DNA of 64,000 nucleotides. It comes from Octopus sinensis. Its lineage: Eukaryota. The position numbers and the translations under genes were made by a program. This document shows, in pieces, positions 40,221-54,485 of this stretch (the stretch's first letter is position 1; each line of letters starts with the position of its first letter). Below the pieces are notes generated by a model that saw only the letters and a program-made list of their open reading frames with translations, ran no database searches and was not told the origin of the DNA. Location of the stretch: the NCBI RefSeq assembly GCF_006345805.1, contig NC_042999.1, positions 106,702,001 through 106,766,000 of the forward strand, in the 5' to 3' direction.

Positions 40221-40974
40221 AATGTGTATGCGTGTGTGTGAATGTGTATATGTATATATTAGCACATACTTACATACACGCATGATAAATTCACAGATGC
40301 ACATATATAATTGTATATAATGAACAGATACATATGGACACTCAAGAATAGAGTCATTTGTTATACATATTTAAATGAAAATGTACATATATGAGTATGA
40401 ACTATTAATATATCACCAGTACTAACACACTATCTTAAATATAGTGTGTTAGTAACAACTTCAGTTTCACTTAATCTAAACATGTAAATAAGCTTTGATC
40501 ACATTTTTCTTATTGAGTTGGAAACTTGAGTTAATTAGGTTTCCTTTGCTTCACCATTTAACTTTGATATAAACAGATTACTTTGATTAAATGGTCACAT
40601 GTTAGTACGTAAAGGGTGATAAAGGACAGGTAAAAGTCAGAAGTGCTTAGAATCACTGAAATAAAGGATTCCTTGTAAGTTTGAATCTTACTTTTTGTTC
40701 TTGTAGTGCTGGTGATGGTGGTTTAGCCACCAGCTGTGATGAAAATAATTCAAATGTGACCAAAATTATATTCACTGGATTAGAGTTGATTTAAATGGAA
40801 AGGTGAGATTTGGAAGTACTTTTGGTGCTGCTGTTATCAATCCAACTTGGTGAAAATTATTATTATTATTATTATTATTTTCATCATCATCATCATTATT
40901 ATGTGATGAAAACTCACAGTTTCTTTTGCTGGGATAGATGAAAAGTGTCAGCTGTCCACAGCCAGCCAACTAAG

Positions 40975-42950
40975 GTGACACTTATTTACTGGTCATGCGT
41001 CAAGAATTCTTGCAGTTCCAAGTAATGCTGATTTTGTAGGTGTTCTACCTTCACGCTTGCACCAATCTTTCTCAGCGATGTTTGTAGTTGAGTGGCTGAT
41101 ACTTCCAAGTGCATCAGTTACTGTTGGTATCATGTCTACTCTCCTCATTGACCACAACCTTCGTATTTCCCACTTCAAATTGTCATAGTTGTTTATTTTT
41201 TCTTCTTCCACATTGGGGGATGCTATGTAGATTATCATGCATGCTCTTTCTTTTTTATTCACCACAACAATGTTTGGTTTCCGATGTCTGGTCAGGTGAT
41301 TGCTTTGGATCATTGCATCCCACAGGATTTTGCAATACTCATTTTTAGTGATTCTTTCTGGAGTTTGTTCTTTGTAGGCCATGATTTTCACAAATCTCCC
41401 AATGGATCATTCTTGCTACATTGTCATAGCATTTTTTATATTCATGTTGTGCCAGTTTCGAGCATTTGCTAACCATGTACCATACTGTTTCACCCCTCTC
41501 ACCACACATTTGGCATATATCACTGTCAGTAGTGTTGTCTATTCTGCACTCCATATTTGATCCTTAACACTTGTTCTTGAGCTGCACATATGAGTGCTTC
41601 TGTCTCTATTTTCAGGTCACTCCTCCTCATCCATTGCCACTGGTCCTCTGTATCTGTCCTGGTTTTCATATTTCTTGCAAACTGACCATACATTTTTCCT
41701 TCTATACTTTTCTTTTTTAGTGTTCATTTTTGTTTAAATTTTTCTTTCATTACACAATTTTCAGTTTTGATGATGCCAGCCTTCTTCATATGTTTCAACG
41801 ATGGCTCTAGAACATTTTTTTATATACCACCTTAAGCTGTTTTCCTCTGCTTCATTACAGTCCTGGCAACTGATTAAACCTCTCCCATCCTTTCTTCTGG
41901 ACAAGTATAGCCTATTGGTGTCACTCTTAGGGTGGAAGGTTTCATGTACTGTCAACATTTATCTGGTTTTGGTATCCATTTACATCACTTCTCTCTTTTG
42001 CCATTTTATAATTCCCACTCCATACCAAAGTGATATTATCACCCATGTATTAACTGCTTGGGTTTTATTCCATCCAATCAATTTTGAGTGCAACACCAAC
42101 CTTAGTCTTCAGAAACATTCCATCCTCAGTTGCTCTTTCATTTTCTTCTCCATTATCTCGCTGAACTCTAGTACACCAAGATATCTGTAACCTTTTGTAT
42201 CAATTTGTTTTATCAAGTCTCTATTTGGTAATTCTTACCTGGCTAGGGGCTGTACATTGCCTTTTTTTAGGTAAAATATTCCACACTTCTTGAGTCCAAA
42301 TTCCATTCTAATATCAGTACTAAAAGAGTGGACCATGTTCACCAAGGAACTCACGTATGCCTCATTCTTGCCATACTGTTTCAAATCATCCATGAAGAGG
42401 AGGTGGTTGATTATTTGGGTTTTTTCCTTTAGTTGGTACCCCAGATTCATTTTCCTAACTACCAAGGTCAGGGGTATAATGCAGAGAACAAAAAGCAACA
42501 GAGATAAGCTATCACCATGGAAAATCCCTCTTCTAATACCTAGGGTACTCAAGCTTTTTCCATCAGAAGTCAGTTCAGGTTTCCACCCCACCATACTTCT
42601 CTTTAGGAAACACATTATATTCCTCACAATTCCAAACAGATCTAAGCACTCAATGATCCATGAATATGGAATCATGTCATAAGCTTTGTAATGTTCAATC
42701 CAGGCCATTCCCAGATTTGTTCTCCTTCATATACAATCTTGCATCAATAATTGATCTTTGGTTCCTCTGTATCTCCCTTCTACAGCCTTTTTGTTCTGGT
42801 GGTAATATATCGTTCTCATCAAGAAATTTATACAGTTCTTCTGCAATTCCTCCTGACAGTAACTTCCACATTAATGGACAGTAAGAAATTGGTCTGTAAT
42901 TGGTAGCAGCATTTCCCTTTGATGCATCCTTCAGACACAACACTATTCAT
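40975..42950 (-). mobile_element. decayed R4/Dong-type LINE, 3' half (RT to RLE)
   Basis: NYRPISYCPLMWKLL, GIFHGDSLSLLLF, HLLFMDDLK, HPKSDTNRLYL, CQMCGERGETVWYMVSKC, KPNIVVV...KSALLGTARIL; 3' end near an (ATT)n/(CAT)n run. Confidence 0.85.
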
Positions 42951-42954
42951 GAAG

Positions 42955-43860
42955 CAAGGTAACTTGTCGAGCTTTTTCTATAGATCAACAACTTATTCTT
43001 AGCTAAATACGTCTCTTGTAGATACTTGACAATGAAAATAGCATCAGTAGAGTTTCTCCCCTGCACAAAACCAAACTTGCTTAATTCTGTTTCTAATTAA
43101 TTGGATTATAAATCTCCCCATAACTCTTGTCATCTGATCCAGTAATTTGATGCCTTTATAATCATTTCTGTCTAAGCCATCTCCCTTTTCCTTGTAGCAG
43201 CTGACATTGATATTGTTATACCAATCACTGAGGATTAAGCCTTCTTGAATAACCTGATTAACTATATGAGTGACTAGACCATATACTACTCTAACAGATA
43301 TTTTAAGCTTCTCAACAGCGATCCTGGTGGACCAAGGGATTTTTACTGTCTTCATATCTTTAATCTATGATACTGCTGTCAACTAGAATAGCTGGTCCCT
43401 CTGTTAGGTTCAACAGAGGAGACTCTTTTTCTCCCATTCATTTTCCACATTTAATAGCCTTCTATGTTAGCTCTTCCATACCTTTTCCTTTTCAGAATCA
43501 TCATGTGCAAGGACAGCCTTTTCAATCCATACATGCTTCTGTTCCACATCATCTTGATTCACTTTGACACACTGACTAGCACACTGGAACATCTCCAGTC
43601 TCTGATCTTCATGTTGCAAGACATTAGCAAACCTCTTCCTTTCTGCTTCTACTCTTGCTAGATAAATCTGACGTCTAGTCCTTTTAGCTATCTAATATGG
43701 TTATTTACTACTTCCACTTTTCTACTTTTTTCAAATCTGTCTCTTCTCTTTAATGATCCTGTTGACATCACTATTCCACCACCATGATACCCTTGACCTA
43801 GCAGAAGCTTGAACCATTTACCCTACCTTTTATCCCTTAACACCCATCACTTCTTTATCA
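42955..43860 (-). mobile_element. RTE-clade LINE internal fragment
   Basis: WWNSDV, QIYLARVEAERKRFANVLQHEDQR, YKEKGDGLDRNDYKGIKLLDQ, STDAIFIVKYLQE motifs typical of RTE linker/RT. Confidence 0.8.
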
Positions 43861-44384
43861 CCTGATTTTCTCAGATGATAAAGAATAGTTACATGCTACA
43901 TCTTCATACTTTTTCACTAACCTCCCTCTCCACCCCTATCTACTTCCATTCCCCATTATCTTCTCCTGTACCTCTTTCCTGTGCCTTTTCTCCCTTGTGC
44001 TGGTCTCCATCATTAACACTTTGCTTATCTCTTATCACCTTCACATACCCTGCTCCAAACTTTTCCAATATAGGTCTCAGTCATTTCTATTTTACCCACC
44101 CTGCCAGTCATCCAACTTATTCTCACTTTACTCAATGTCCATTGAGATCATGCCCCGACATATCTTCACCACCATCTTTCTCACTACTGCTCTATTTCTC
44201 TTTCTCTTTAACTCACTCTTTTTATTTTACTCTCTAACTCACCCTCCTTTTTTAATTGGAGTATTCATATATCTACTCTACAGCAAGACACCAATCCCTG
44301 TCCCTCTATATCGCTAATATCTCAACAACTGGCATGAAGCTACCCCCTTACAACTACTCCCTCCTTAAAACTGAGGCAGGTTTT

Positions 44385-44640
44385 GCCGTGCAAGTTAATT
44401 GGTGCCCCTGTTGCTGCTGGTGCTATGTAAAAAAGCATCGGTACTGATGCCATGAAAAAGCACTGGCGGTAGTGTCACATAAACAGCATTGGTGTTGCAC
44501 CATATGAAAATCAACCAGTACACTCGGTAAAATGTTTGGTTTTAGGAAGAGTATTCAGCTATGGAAACCATCCGAAAACAAACCACAGCGACTGGTGTGG
44601 CTCTCGGCCTTACCAGCATGTCAGGATAAAAATGGATGTT
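44385..44640 (+). mobile_element. SINE-like repeat family C ending in a (GAT)n tail
   Basis: Similar to 4970-5180; ends ggatgttaaatgatgacgatgatg. Confidence 0.5.
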
Positions 44641-44733
44641 AAATGATGACGATGATGATGATGATGATGATGATGATGACGATGATGATGATGATGGTGG
44701 TGGTGGTGGTGGTGGTGGTGGTGGTTGTGATGA

Positions 44734-44764
<31 letters not shown>

Positions 44765-44778
44765 CGTGGTGGTGGTCG
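44641..44778. repeat. compound (GAT)n/(GGT)n microsatellite
   Basis: Direct reading. Confidence 0.95.
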
Positions 44779-44799
44779 TGGTGATGATGATGATGATGT

Positions 44800-44925
44800 C
44801 TCTTGTCCACAGACAGTCTAGCTGTGGCTCTCTACATCTTATCTCTTGCACACAGCACTCATCTGCACGTCTCTGCTGTAGCATTTCAACAATCTCATGA
44901 GACCTACCTTTCATTGAATCAACGT
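44800..44925 (-). mobile_element. RTE AP-endonuclease N-terminal fragment
   Basis: MKGRSHEIVEMLQQRRADECCVQEIRCR resembles RTE EN TLxGRSxEIVEMLERRxVDICCxQEVRWR. Confidence 0.6.
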
Positions 44926-45704
44926 TGATTGTAATAACTCTGAACTTTTGGATTTGGAAAGCTTGGGAGGGAAGTTAGGTGGGTGTTTCCAACGTCTGGA
45001 AACAATATTTTTGTGATCGCTTGCCAAGAGGGAGCGGTTCCTTGTGCTTAGCAAACTGGGATAATAGATACTTCTAAATTATCATCATCGGCATTGTGTA
45101 AAAATATGTTCATAAACATACACTCACGTGCACATAAGAACATACACGAACAATTAAATACATGTAAAAACATGCACGTGGAGCCCGCAGGATATTAAAT
45201 TCATACATGTACTCATATTACGATGCATTCATAAGACATAATATTGTCATCTACCATACACAAACACACAGATAATCACGTGCACAAATATATGTACATG
45301 TTCGTATGTGAGCAGATTTAAACAATCATAGACACATGCAGTCATATGTGTGTTTGCGCTTGAACTTTAGGGATGAGTGAAAGTGATGATGAGATTCAAA
45401 TGAGATCGCACGACTAAGCAGACTTCTATGAAAGTTTCTGACAGAAATGGAAAATTGCCTATCGATATAGAACTCCAATATTTAGTACCTGTAAGACAGA
45501 TAGAAATATTAAAAGAGATACGTCCCCAATATCACACAGTGAAAATGAGAGGAATAGAGAGGATATTATTACTATCCTTAAGAGAATTCAGACTAAGAAA
45601 TTGGTAGTGTAGGCTGTAAACCGAAAGAAATTTTAGTATGTATGTATTCATTATCACTAGTAACTATATATATACATACATACATACATACATACATACA
45701 TACA

Positions 45705-45743
<39 letters not shown>

Positions 45744-45745
<2 letters not shown>

Positions 45746-46419
45746 TAGACAACCCATGACCCGTTGGGTCACTGACGTTTCAGGCTATAAATCATTGAAG
45801 CTAAATTCAACATTGCATGGAAATGTAGGAAATTATTCATACTTGTCTTAGTTTTTCCTTTTCCTTTCATGCTCTGACGTCGGAGGGAATATTTTCTTAT
45901 TTTGTCTCTGTTACAGTTTGTTCGCAAGAATGCTTTTGATGACAACATTCTGAATCTTTTTTTTTTTTTTTTAGCTTAACCGACGAAATGAAAGTAATGA
46001 GTTAAAACAAATAAGAACGCGTGTAGAAAGAAAGTGTTTTTGAAAGAAAACTAAAAAAAAAAGCGAAAGAAATAATGTAAGAAATGAAAATCTGATCTTG
46101 AAATCAGGAACTGTTGCTGTACGTCACGAAAACGTGTGTAATTTTATTGTTACCGCACCTGTGGTGGTTTTACAAAGAGAGAAATACAAGGCAAGGGCTC
46201 TTTGTTCAGTTGTCTGCTCGGAATTTTGTGGCAACTTTTGCCCAGAAACAACGCGTATCTCGGGAGCCCGTGGTCCGATTTACTCAAAATTTGTTTAAAT
46301 CTGTTTCTATTCACAATTCAGGGTTACTTTACTTTCAAAGTATTTTCCCATTATGCGCCGATTTAGCTGTGTAACACTCCAAGCAAACAAGCAAGATTGA
46401 AGTTCCTCTTTAATAGTAT
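45744..46419. mobile_element. putative non-autonomous Helitron/Helentron-like element
   Basis: Starts ACTAG plus short hairpin acccatgacccgttgggt, ends ctctttaatagtata, both ends in (AT)n. Confidence 0.35.
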
Positions 46420-46483
46420 ATATATATATATACAACTGAAAGGCACAAGTACATATATATTTTTTCTTTTTTTTTCTTTTTAG

Positions 46484-46845
46484 TTTCAGCTCAGAATAAA
46501 GTCTTAACTGTTTCAGCTTTTCCCAGTAGCTGAGCTGTTGCAATGAAACAATCTTCTTTGTGAAGCTTCGCTGGATTGCCTCAAGGCTCACTGTTAATTT
46601 TACACTGTTGGGTGACCATAGATGGGAGCAGTAATCCAGGCAGCTGCGGACGAATGTCCTCCAGAGGACCATCATGGTTTCCTTCTCTCTGGTTCTGAAT
46701 GTTCTCAGGATCCAGCTAGCCAGTCTTCTGCACTTTGTAGCCATCCTGGTAATGTGCACTTGGAATACCAAATTTTCTCACTGATTTAGGATCTGGGATT
46801 GTAATCCTCTGTGGACCAGTGTACTCTGTAAGTTTTAGATTCAGT
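46484..46845 (-). mobile_element. CR1/L2-like LINE RT C-terminal fragment
   Basis: WILRTF...LWRTFVRSCLDYCSHLWSP...LEAIQRSFTKKI...LSYWEKLKQLRLYS. Confidence 0.8.
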
Positions 46846-46939
46846 TTTATACGCTGGTAGCGCAAGGGTGGCTATCCGGGCAGCTGAGGGCATATCTGAG
46901 AGGGCCACTATGAAAAGCATATATGTATGTATGTATATG

Positions 46940-47026
<87 letters not shown>

Positions 47027-47769
47027 CGTATGTATGTATGTATGTATGTATGTATGTATGTATGTATGTATGCTGTACATGATGGATCTATCTATCTACA
47101 TACCTCCCATTGTCTGTGTAATATTTTTCGAATATTTTGTAGTTTTGTAACTCAGAATTTCAAAGATATGAAAAAAAACTACTTTAGCCACATCGCAAAT
47201 AAACATTAAAATAACATTGCTTTAATATAATTTGGTTATTTTTTTTTTACCTTGGTTGTTTGAGAAATTCAACTTCATAACTAAGACATTAAAAGTTACT
47301 GACTTAGCTGAGCTGAATTATTGTCACAGAGAGTCTTAATATCTGGAATTATGAATATTATTTACAGCTATAAGTCAGCTTCTGTTCATTCTCTTTCATT
47401 GTTTTTTTTTTGTTTTTTTTTTTTTTTGGGGGGGGGGGTTGTATTGTTATTGAATACAGTGAAAATGTTCTTTCTTATAAATATGTTGTTGGAAATCGCA
47501 TTAACACTTTTAAAGCTTTTATGCTAATAGCTGAGAATTCCATTAATAATGCAAACCAAAGTTTTGTCGGTTTTACTTGTTAGAATTTTCATTTCAAGAG
47601 AAATCTATTGCAATGTCTATTTGCTTGTTCTTATTCTTCTTGTGGAAGATTTTTATGTTTAACAAGTGAACAAATTGTTTTCAACCCAAAATTGGTTTTC
47701 ACTTTCAGCTGGAATATGCGCTAATATTTTGACTTAGGAAAACTTTGTGTCATAGGAAAATACTAAAGT

Positions 47770-48170
47770 AAACCTCACATATGTTTCCAGCAGGATGTGG
47801 CAACTGCTCATACTGCAAGAGAAACAATGCAGTTGCTAAGGCAATGCTTTGGAGAGAGAATAATCACCCGCTACGGCAATGTCAACTGGCCTTCATGTTC
47901 CCCGAACTTGACTAGCCTGGATTTTCTCTTGTGGGGATACCTGAAAGAGAGGGTTTATGTCAACAAACCAGATACCCTGATGCAACTGAAGGAGAACATG
48001 ATAGAGAAATCGGAGAAGTGGGGTCTGAAACTCTTGAGGATGTTCTGGTGCCAGTTTTGGAAAATGCACGGGCATGCAAAGCCGAAAATGGTTGCCAATT
48101 AAGCGATGTCCTTTTTCATATATGATGTAGTGGTGTTGCAAAATTCGACTTATGCATATTAATTTCCATT
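47770..48170 (+). mobile_element. Tc1/mariner transposase C-terminal remnant
   Basis: FQQDVATAHTARETMQLL...WPSCSPNLTSLDFLLWGYLKERVY. Confidence 0.8.
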
Positions 48171-50593
48171 ATGTTCTTTATATTGTATCACAATTTCATG
48201 TATTTATTTGTAAAGTTAAGGAAGTTATTATAATTGAAACCCATCAGTGTAAGTTTATTCATTTCATTTCAGACTATGAAACATTTTATATTGATAATAT
48301 ACTTATCAATAGTAACACTTGGAGCAGGACCCTGCATCAATCCAAACCTGGATTGTTTCTGTACGCAATTGCAAAGCAAACAATCCAGATTTAAATTGAA
48401 GCAGAGACCTGGACAATTGAAGCCGTGGAGACTCTACCAAATGCAAGAATTTGCCAAAAATTCCGGGTATAACGTCTTGCTGCTCATGTCACTCAGATCC
48501 TGACATTTGGACTGTCTGCTTGTCAAACTCTGTCTTTTCTCTCCACATTTAGTTTTGTTTCGGGTGCTTGAGATCAAATCTGACTGGACAGATCTATGGT
48601 CACATCATCACTCAGAATTTCATATACAGTAATCTCTCACCATATCGCGGCTCACCTGTTGCTGTTCACCTATCTTGCTTTATTATTTAAGCTTACGTTG
48701 AAAGCTCTATGGTGTTGTTTTGCATTTATAAAATATATATATATGCAAATTATAAAATCAATTTTAAAATATACAGTACAGTACTGTTTTTCTACTTTGA
48801 GGATTTTCACCTATAGCGGAGGGATTTTGGAATGTAACACCCGCGATAGTCGAGGGATTGCTGTTCATTTTCACAGGCGCCAGGTTTTCACAGATATTAT
48901 CAGTCTGAAAAATCCTATTGTATATGAAAATTTCCTAAGTGAAAAACAAACAGTCTAGCTTCAAATCAAAACAGAGCCTTCTACATGACGTCCATGTAAG
49001 TGAATATATCAGAATGATACAGCGTTTTTTTTTTTCAATTCAGCATTAATCTTTTGATTTTACAGGAAGTCCAAAACAATTTACAACTACAAAAAACCCA
49101 ACTTCTTCAACTAACTCAAAAAGCCATTACCAACACTTTTCCACTTAATAGTCAGCACATTTCGGACTGTAGTAATAAAATTGCACTCAGACTTTTCATA
49201 CTTTCACATAATTAACTAACAAGTCCTATATTTTGTCAAATTAACCAGTTGTACAGTATCATTCACTAGTAATTTCAGATCTTGAGGAATGTGTTTCACA
49301 GCTGGTATTTGATGAGGAAATTACCTGTGGATATTTAAACATTCTATTCTTCTGCATTTTTTCTTGCAACAGAATCAGAAATTTCCCTTAGCATAGTTGA
49401 AGTTACGTCACTTTTTAACTATAAATGATTTATGCTGAATATTATTTCTCATGTAGCACGACTTTCAAGAGTGGAAGATTAATAAGTTGTTTTTTTTTAT
49501 GCCGCGTTTGTAAATGTAGTATGTAAACAGAAACCTAACTATTAAGTCAGCAATGTCTGTTGGCACACTCATTTGAAGGGGAAATATTGAGTTCAGTTTA
49601 ATCTATCTGATCAATCTAAGCTACAGGAAAATTTTATATTTTAGGAATACCTTTTAAACTCCGTAAATAGAAAAAGTTATACTTTAACATATTTCTATCA
49701 ACCATGCATTCAACTAAATATTTCTCATGGATTATTAAACATATGCAATATGAGACAAGAAAAGCAGTTTTGTTTCTCTGCACGAAAGCTGCTTTTAAAA
49801 TATTCATGCCATAGAGATTTTGAATAAGAATATGTTGCCTCTGAATATCTTGAGTTCAAATGTAGTCTAGTTTAGTTTAATTTAAGCAGCTTTTAATAGT
49901 GACCTTTCTACAGTCAATACGCATCCCAATTGATTTAATATTTGTACCAGTCTAAGTGAAACCATAAGCAATAAAACATTCGTCTTGTATTATTATTGTC
50001 TTATTATTTTAACTGTATTCATCTTATTTTGATATTGCTTTTGAAGATCGAATTTGTAGGCTCATTCTGAGTAACACCACTTTCACTTAGGTTGCTTGTG
50101 CCATGCCTATTAACACTTGATTATTATTGATGTTTGACCATTTATACATTGGGGAAGTAAACAGAGTGTGATTTATTGATTATAGAAAATTATATTTGCC
50201 CAAAACATTTATCTTCACTATACATCCAGTAGAAAAGTCTTTAAACTATTTACCACAAATATTGTGCACTATTTTTAACAACCACTTCGCATTTATTGTT
50301 GCTTAAACTGAAAGCAATTGAATATTATCAAGTAATATTAACTTCAGTTGCTAAATTTCGCTAGTTCAGCAGAATATATCCAGAATTAATAATCTTACAT
50401 CAAAACTAAGTACTTGTTATTCAAGCATAAGTTACTATGAAATTCTTGGATAAATTTGCGTTAAGTCTATGTGAGTGTGTCCCATGACATCTATAGTGTA
50501 CAGTTGCATTAATTTTCTCCCTCTCTACGTGTGCCTGTGTAAGTACATATATACATACATGTATATATGTGTGTATGTGTGTGTATGTGTATG

Positions 50594-50667
<74 letters not shown>

Positions 50668-51275
50668 GACACACACACAGATGTATGTATATTGTATGTA
50701 TGACAACTGACTTACTATTGGATAAGAGTAAAACTCTAGATATGGTAGAATAGAAAGTAGGGGACAGAGAGAGAGTAAAAGAGGAAGGGGGGATATGTTG
50801 AATCCAAAAGGCATGTCCTTTGTATATGTGTGCGTATAATTTATCTTTGTGTGTGCATGTGATCATTGCTTTAACAGCAATTCATATGCTTGTGCATACA
50901 TGAATATACGCAAATGTGTGTATGTGTTCATCATTTTAGGAGCAGTTTATATAAAGTGAAGACAGCTGAAGTGAAGACAGCAAGTTCTCTGTATATCTCC
51001 GTAACTTCTTGGAGATTTTAGGTAAAATCATACAAATGTGTCCATATTTTAATTTAATTAAATTCTATGTCTTTATGCAGCGGATGATTGCTCTGCATTT
51101 AAATTGATGTAATGATTGCATTCTTCAATTAAATGGAGTTACTTGAAACGATCGTACTGCATTACCTCTGGATATCCTTGTTGTTTATTTTGATTTTAAT
51201 CACCTTATTTTGAAATTGCATGGATAATAACGTACTAAATTCTGCTTCCTCAACTTAAGTACCATATTCATCTGA

Positions 51276-51332
<57 letters not shown>

Positions 51333-51633
51333 TATATACATACATATATGTACATACCTACATATATATGTATATGTACATGCATATATACATACATATA
51401 TGTACATACATGCATACGTATATGTACATGCATATATGGGTACAGGACATAAAAAAAACATTGAACACAATAAGAAACGAAAACATAAAAACAAAAACAT
51501 AGAAACGAACACTTTTTCAAACAACGAAGAAAAACAGAAAAACAAGACAGGCATCACAAGGAATATTCCCCTTCTTCAGTTGTCCCTGTTTCATCTACTC
51601 CGCGTTTCGAAGGTAAGGATAATATATATATAT

Positions 51634-52029
51634 ACTAGCAGTATCGCCCGGCGTTGCTCGTGTTTGTAAGGGAAATAACTATATAAGCATTTTTAGAGAG
51701 TTATAGCCAAAAAGTAGCAAAAAAATGCATTAAAAATGGAAATAAAATGATGGTAAATTTTTTTAAATCGTTGACTCATCGTAGACATTTTTAGAGAGTT
51801 ACTTCTCTTATATAATAACGAAAAAATGCATTAAAATGGATAAAAATGATGGTAATTTTTTTTTTAATCGTAGACTCATCGTAGACGCGCGCTAATACCC
51901 AGAAGGGCTCGATATGAATTACGACTATAAGATACCGGTTTTGGTTAAACTGCACCGCAAAATGTGGGAGTAGTTAGGAATCTAAATCGTAGGAGACAGA
52001 CACACAACTTGACTTTTATATATAAAGAT
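51634..52029. mobile_element. putative non-autonomous Helitron/Helentron-like element
   Basis: ACTAGcagtatcgcccggcgttgctcg start, internal duplication of about 65 bp (51720-51790 vs 51822-51885), ends cttttatatataaaga; similar start at 25370-25400. Confidence 0.5.
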
Positions 52030-52545
52030 ATATAAACTGCTCCTGTTTTGTAAAACCAGTAATTAGAATAAACACAATGCAAACATTTTCAGACAAAATT
52101 TGTATGTAAATACTATGTACATGATTTTAAAAATCAACATATCACTTTCTTTCTATAAAATCAACCATAGAACTAGAAATAGCTGATAAGAAACCACTAG
52201 GTTTTATGGGAATTTGTTTGAGAAACCCTAGTCTAAATGAATATTGCTCTTCCTCTCCACTCTCACACTTTATCTATCCAATTATTTATGTCTTCCTTGC
52301 CCAGTGTGTCTTTCATTTTTTCATTCCCTTTGCGTGACTTTCTGATTCTTTCTCTTGTTTTCTTCATATTATATCTGCCAAACTTTCCTACTTTCTTTGT
52401 TTCTCAATGATTGATTTGCATCGCTCTACCTTTCTTCACTTCTATAACACATATTATCTACTATTCCTTGCTCCACTCTTAGTACTAATGCACTCAACTG
52501 ATTTTTCATGTACCCTATATTTTACTATATGTATGTGTGTATATA

Positions 52546-52761
52546 GGCGGCGAGCTGGCAGAAACGTTAGCACGCCGGGCGAAATGCGTAGCCGTTACGT
52601 TCTGGGTTCAAATTCCGCCGAGGCGACTTTGCCTTTCATCCTTTCGGGGTCGATAGATAAAGTACCAGTTTCGCACTGGGGTCGATGTAATCAACTTTAT
52701 CCCTTTGTCTGTCCTTGTTTGTCCCCTCTGTGTTTAGCCCCTTGTGGGTAGTAAAGAAATA
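52546..52761 (+). mobile_element. full-length tRNA-derived SINE (family B)
   Basis: ggcggcgagctggcagaaacgttagc (A box), gggttcaaattccgcc (B box), body, tail ccccttgtgggtagtaaagaaata. Confidence 0.9.
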
Positions 52762-52849
52762 TATATGTATGTGTGTATATGCAAAGAAAAACTTGAGTGT
52801 CACCTCAGATGCTTTCGTCAGATTGTATAAATCAAAAGAATACTAATGA

Positions 52850-53050
52850 TACTTTCTACTATAGGCAAAAGGCCTGAAATTGTGTGGGAGGCAATAATTC
52901 CACTACATCGACCCCAGTACCCAGCTGGTACTATTTTATCACTCTCCAAAAATGATGACAGCAAAGGTAGCCTTAGCAGAATTTGAACTCAGAATGTAAA
53001 GATGAACGAAAAGTTTGTTGAACTAGCGATTTTGGGCAACTCACCACTTT
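52850..53050 (-). mobile_element. diverged SINE family B
   Basis: acatcgaccccagtacccagctggtac...cagaatttgaactcagaatgtaaag matches the family B reverse complement. Confidence 0.65.
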
Positions 53051-53271
53051 CAATGAACAGTAATAATAAAAAATAGAAAATATGGGGAGAACTGTGATTC
53101 CATTGTAATTAAAATATGAAATGTTTTTCGCTTACTGCATGCTTCTGTCGAAGAGGCCATTTCAGTCAGAATGTCTTTTATAATTGTATATACAAAACCT
53201 TAGTGTCAAATCGACTAGGCATCAATTGCATAACCATATTTGACAATATTTTAATTTAATTTTTTTATCTT

Positions 53272-53490
53272 TTATCTTTCACTTGTTTCCGTCATTAGCC
53301 TACGGCCATGTTGGGGGACCTCCTTGACGAATTTTAGTTGAACTAACCAACCCAGGACTTATTTTCTTTTTAAGCCTGGCATTAACTCTATCGGTCGCTT
53401 TTGCCAAGCCGCTAGGTCAAAGGGATGTAAACACACCAACATCTGTTGTCAAGCGGTGGTAGGGTACAAACAAATACATAAATATATATG

Positions 53491-53549
<59 letters not shown>

Positions 53550-53724
53550 ATGTGTGTGTGTGTGTGTGTGTATACGATGGGCTTCTTTCAGTTTCTGTCT
53601 CCAAAATTCCCTCATAAAGCCTTGGTCAACCGAAGCTATTGAGGACAGTGCCACGCAGTGGAAGTGAACCTAGAACTATGTGGTTGGAAACAAACTTCTT
53701 ACTACACAGCCACACCTGCACCTA
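53272..53724 (-). mobile_element. full-length diverged SINE family A
   Basis: Both ends match 18499-18877 in reverse complement. Confidence 0.8.
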
Positions 53725-53942
53725 TAACAAATATCATATTCGCATTTGCTATTACTGCCTTTGCTTTTATTGCAATTCTTCTGATCCAAGACAGCCCTGA
53801 TAACAGAAATCAAATGTAAAGATCCTATTCACTGATTTCTGTATGAAATTTAGCCGAAATGCTTTCAGCAGAGTTTTCTACAAAATGCATCAGAGATAAT
53901 ACAGTTCTATATTTAAGAGATGAGGAATTATGTACATTATTT

Positions 53943-54114
53943 ACATTATTCACAATTGACGGATATTTGTCCTATCTTGTTTGCTGTTAACACAACGTTT
54001 CAGCTGATATACCCTCCAGCCTTCATCAGATGAAGGCTGGAGGGTATATCAGCCGAAACGTTGTGTTGACAACAAACAAGATGAGGACAAATATCCGTCA
54101 ATTGTAAATAATGT
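53943..54114. repeat. near-perfect palindrome (arms of about 85 bp) centred at 54028 on a hammerhead core
   Basis: ...cacaacgtttcagctgatataccctccagccttcatc-a-gatgaaggctggagggtatatcagccgaaacgttgtg...; each arm carries stem II-GAAAC-GUU-GUGUU. Confidence 0.9.
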
Positions 54115-54389
54115 GCACCAGAGATGTAAAGGATGGTGTTGAACCAGGAGATCGATTTGTTTAAATACATAATAATGGGTACAGTTCCACTGATAAGATT
54201 TCATGAAGTGCTTCGAACTTACAAAATTTAGGTCATAGTGAAGCTATTGTACAAGAGCTAGAGAGTCTGCATAGTGGGTAAAACCAGATAATCATGGAAT
54301 TATGAAACGAATTTCTTTAATACCAGATTAGCCAGGCAAATGACTCCTTGCTTATTTTCGAAGTGAGACAACCGACTTTATTACAATAA

Positions 54390-54485
<96 letters not shown>

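Noticed and set aside
44610-44900. Poly-His/poly-Asp/poly-Met ORFs
   Set aside because: Translations of the (GAT)/(GGT) tail of a SINE-like repeat.
53795-53852. CUGAUAA-cagaaatca...tgatttctg-uau-GAAA
   Set aside because: G8 is absent, with extra bases before GAAA and no stem I or III.
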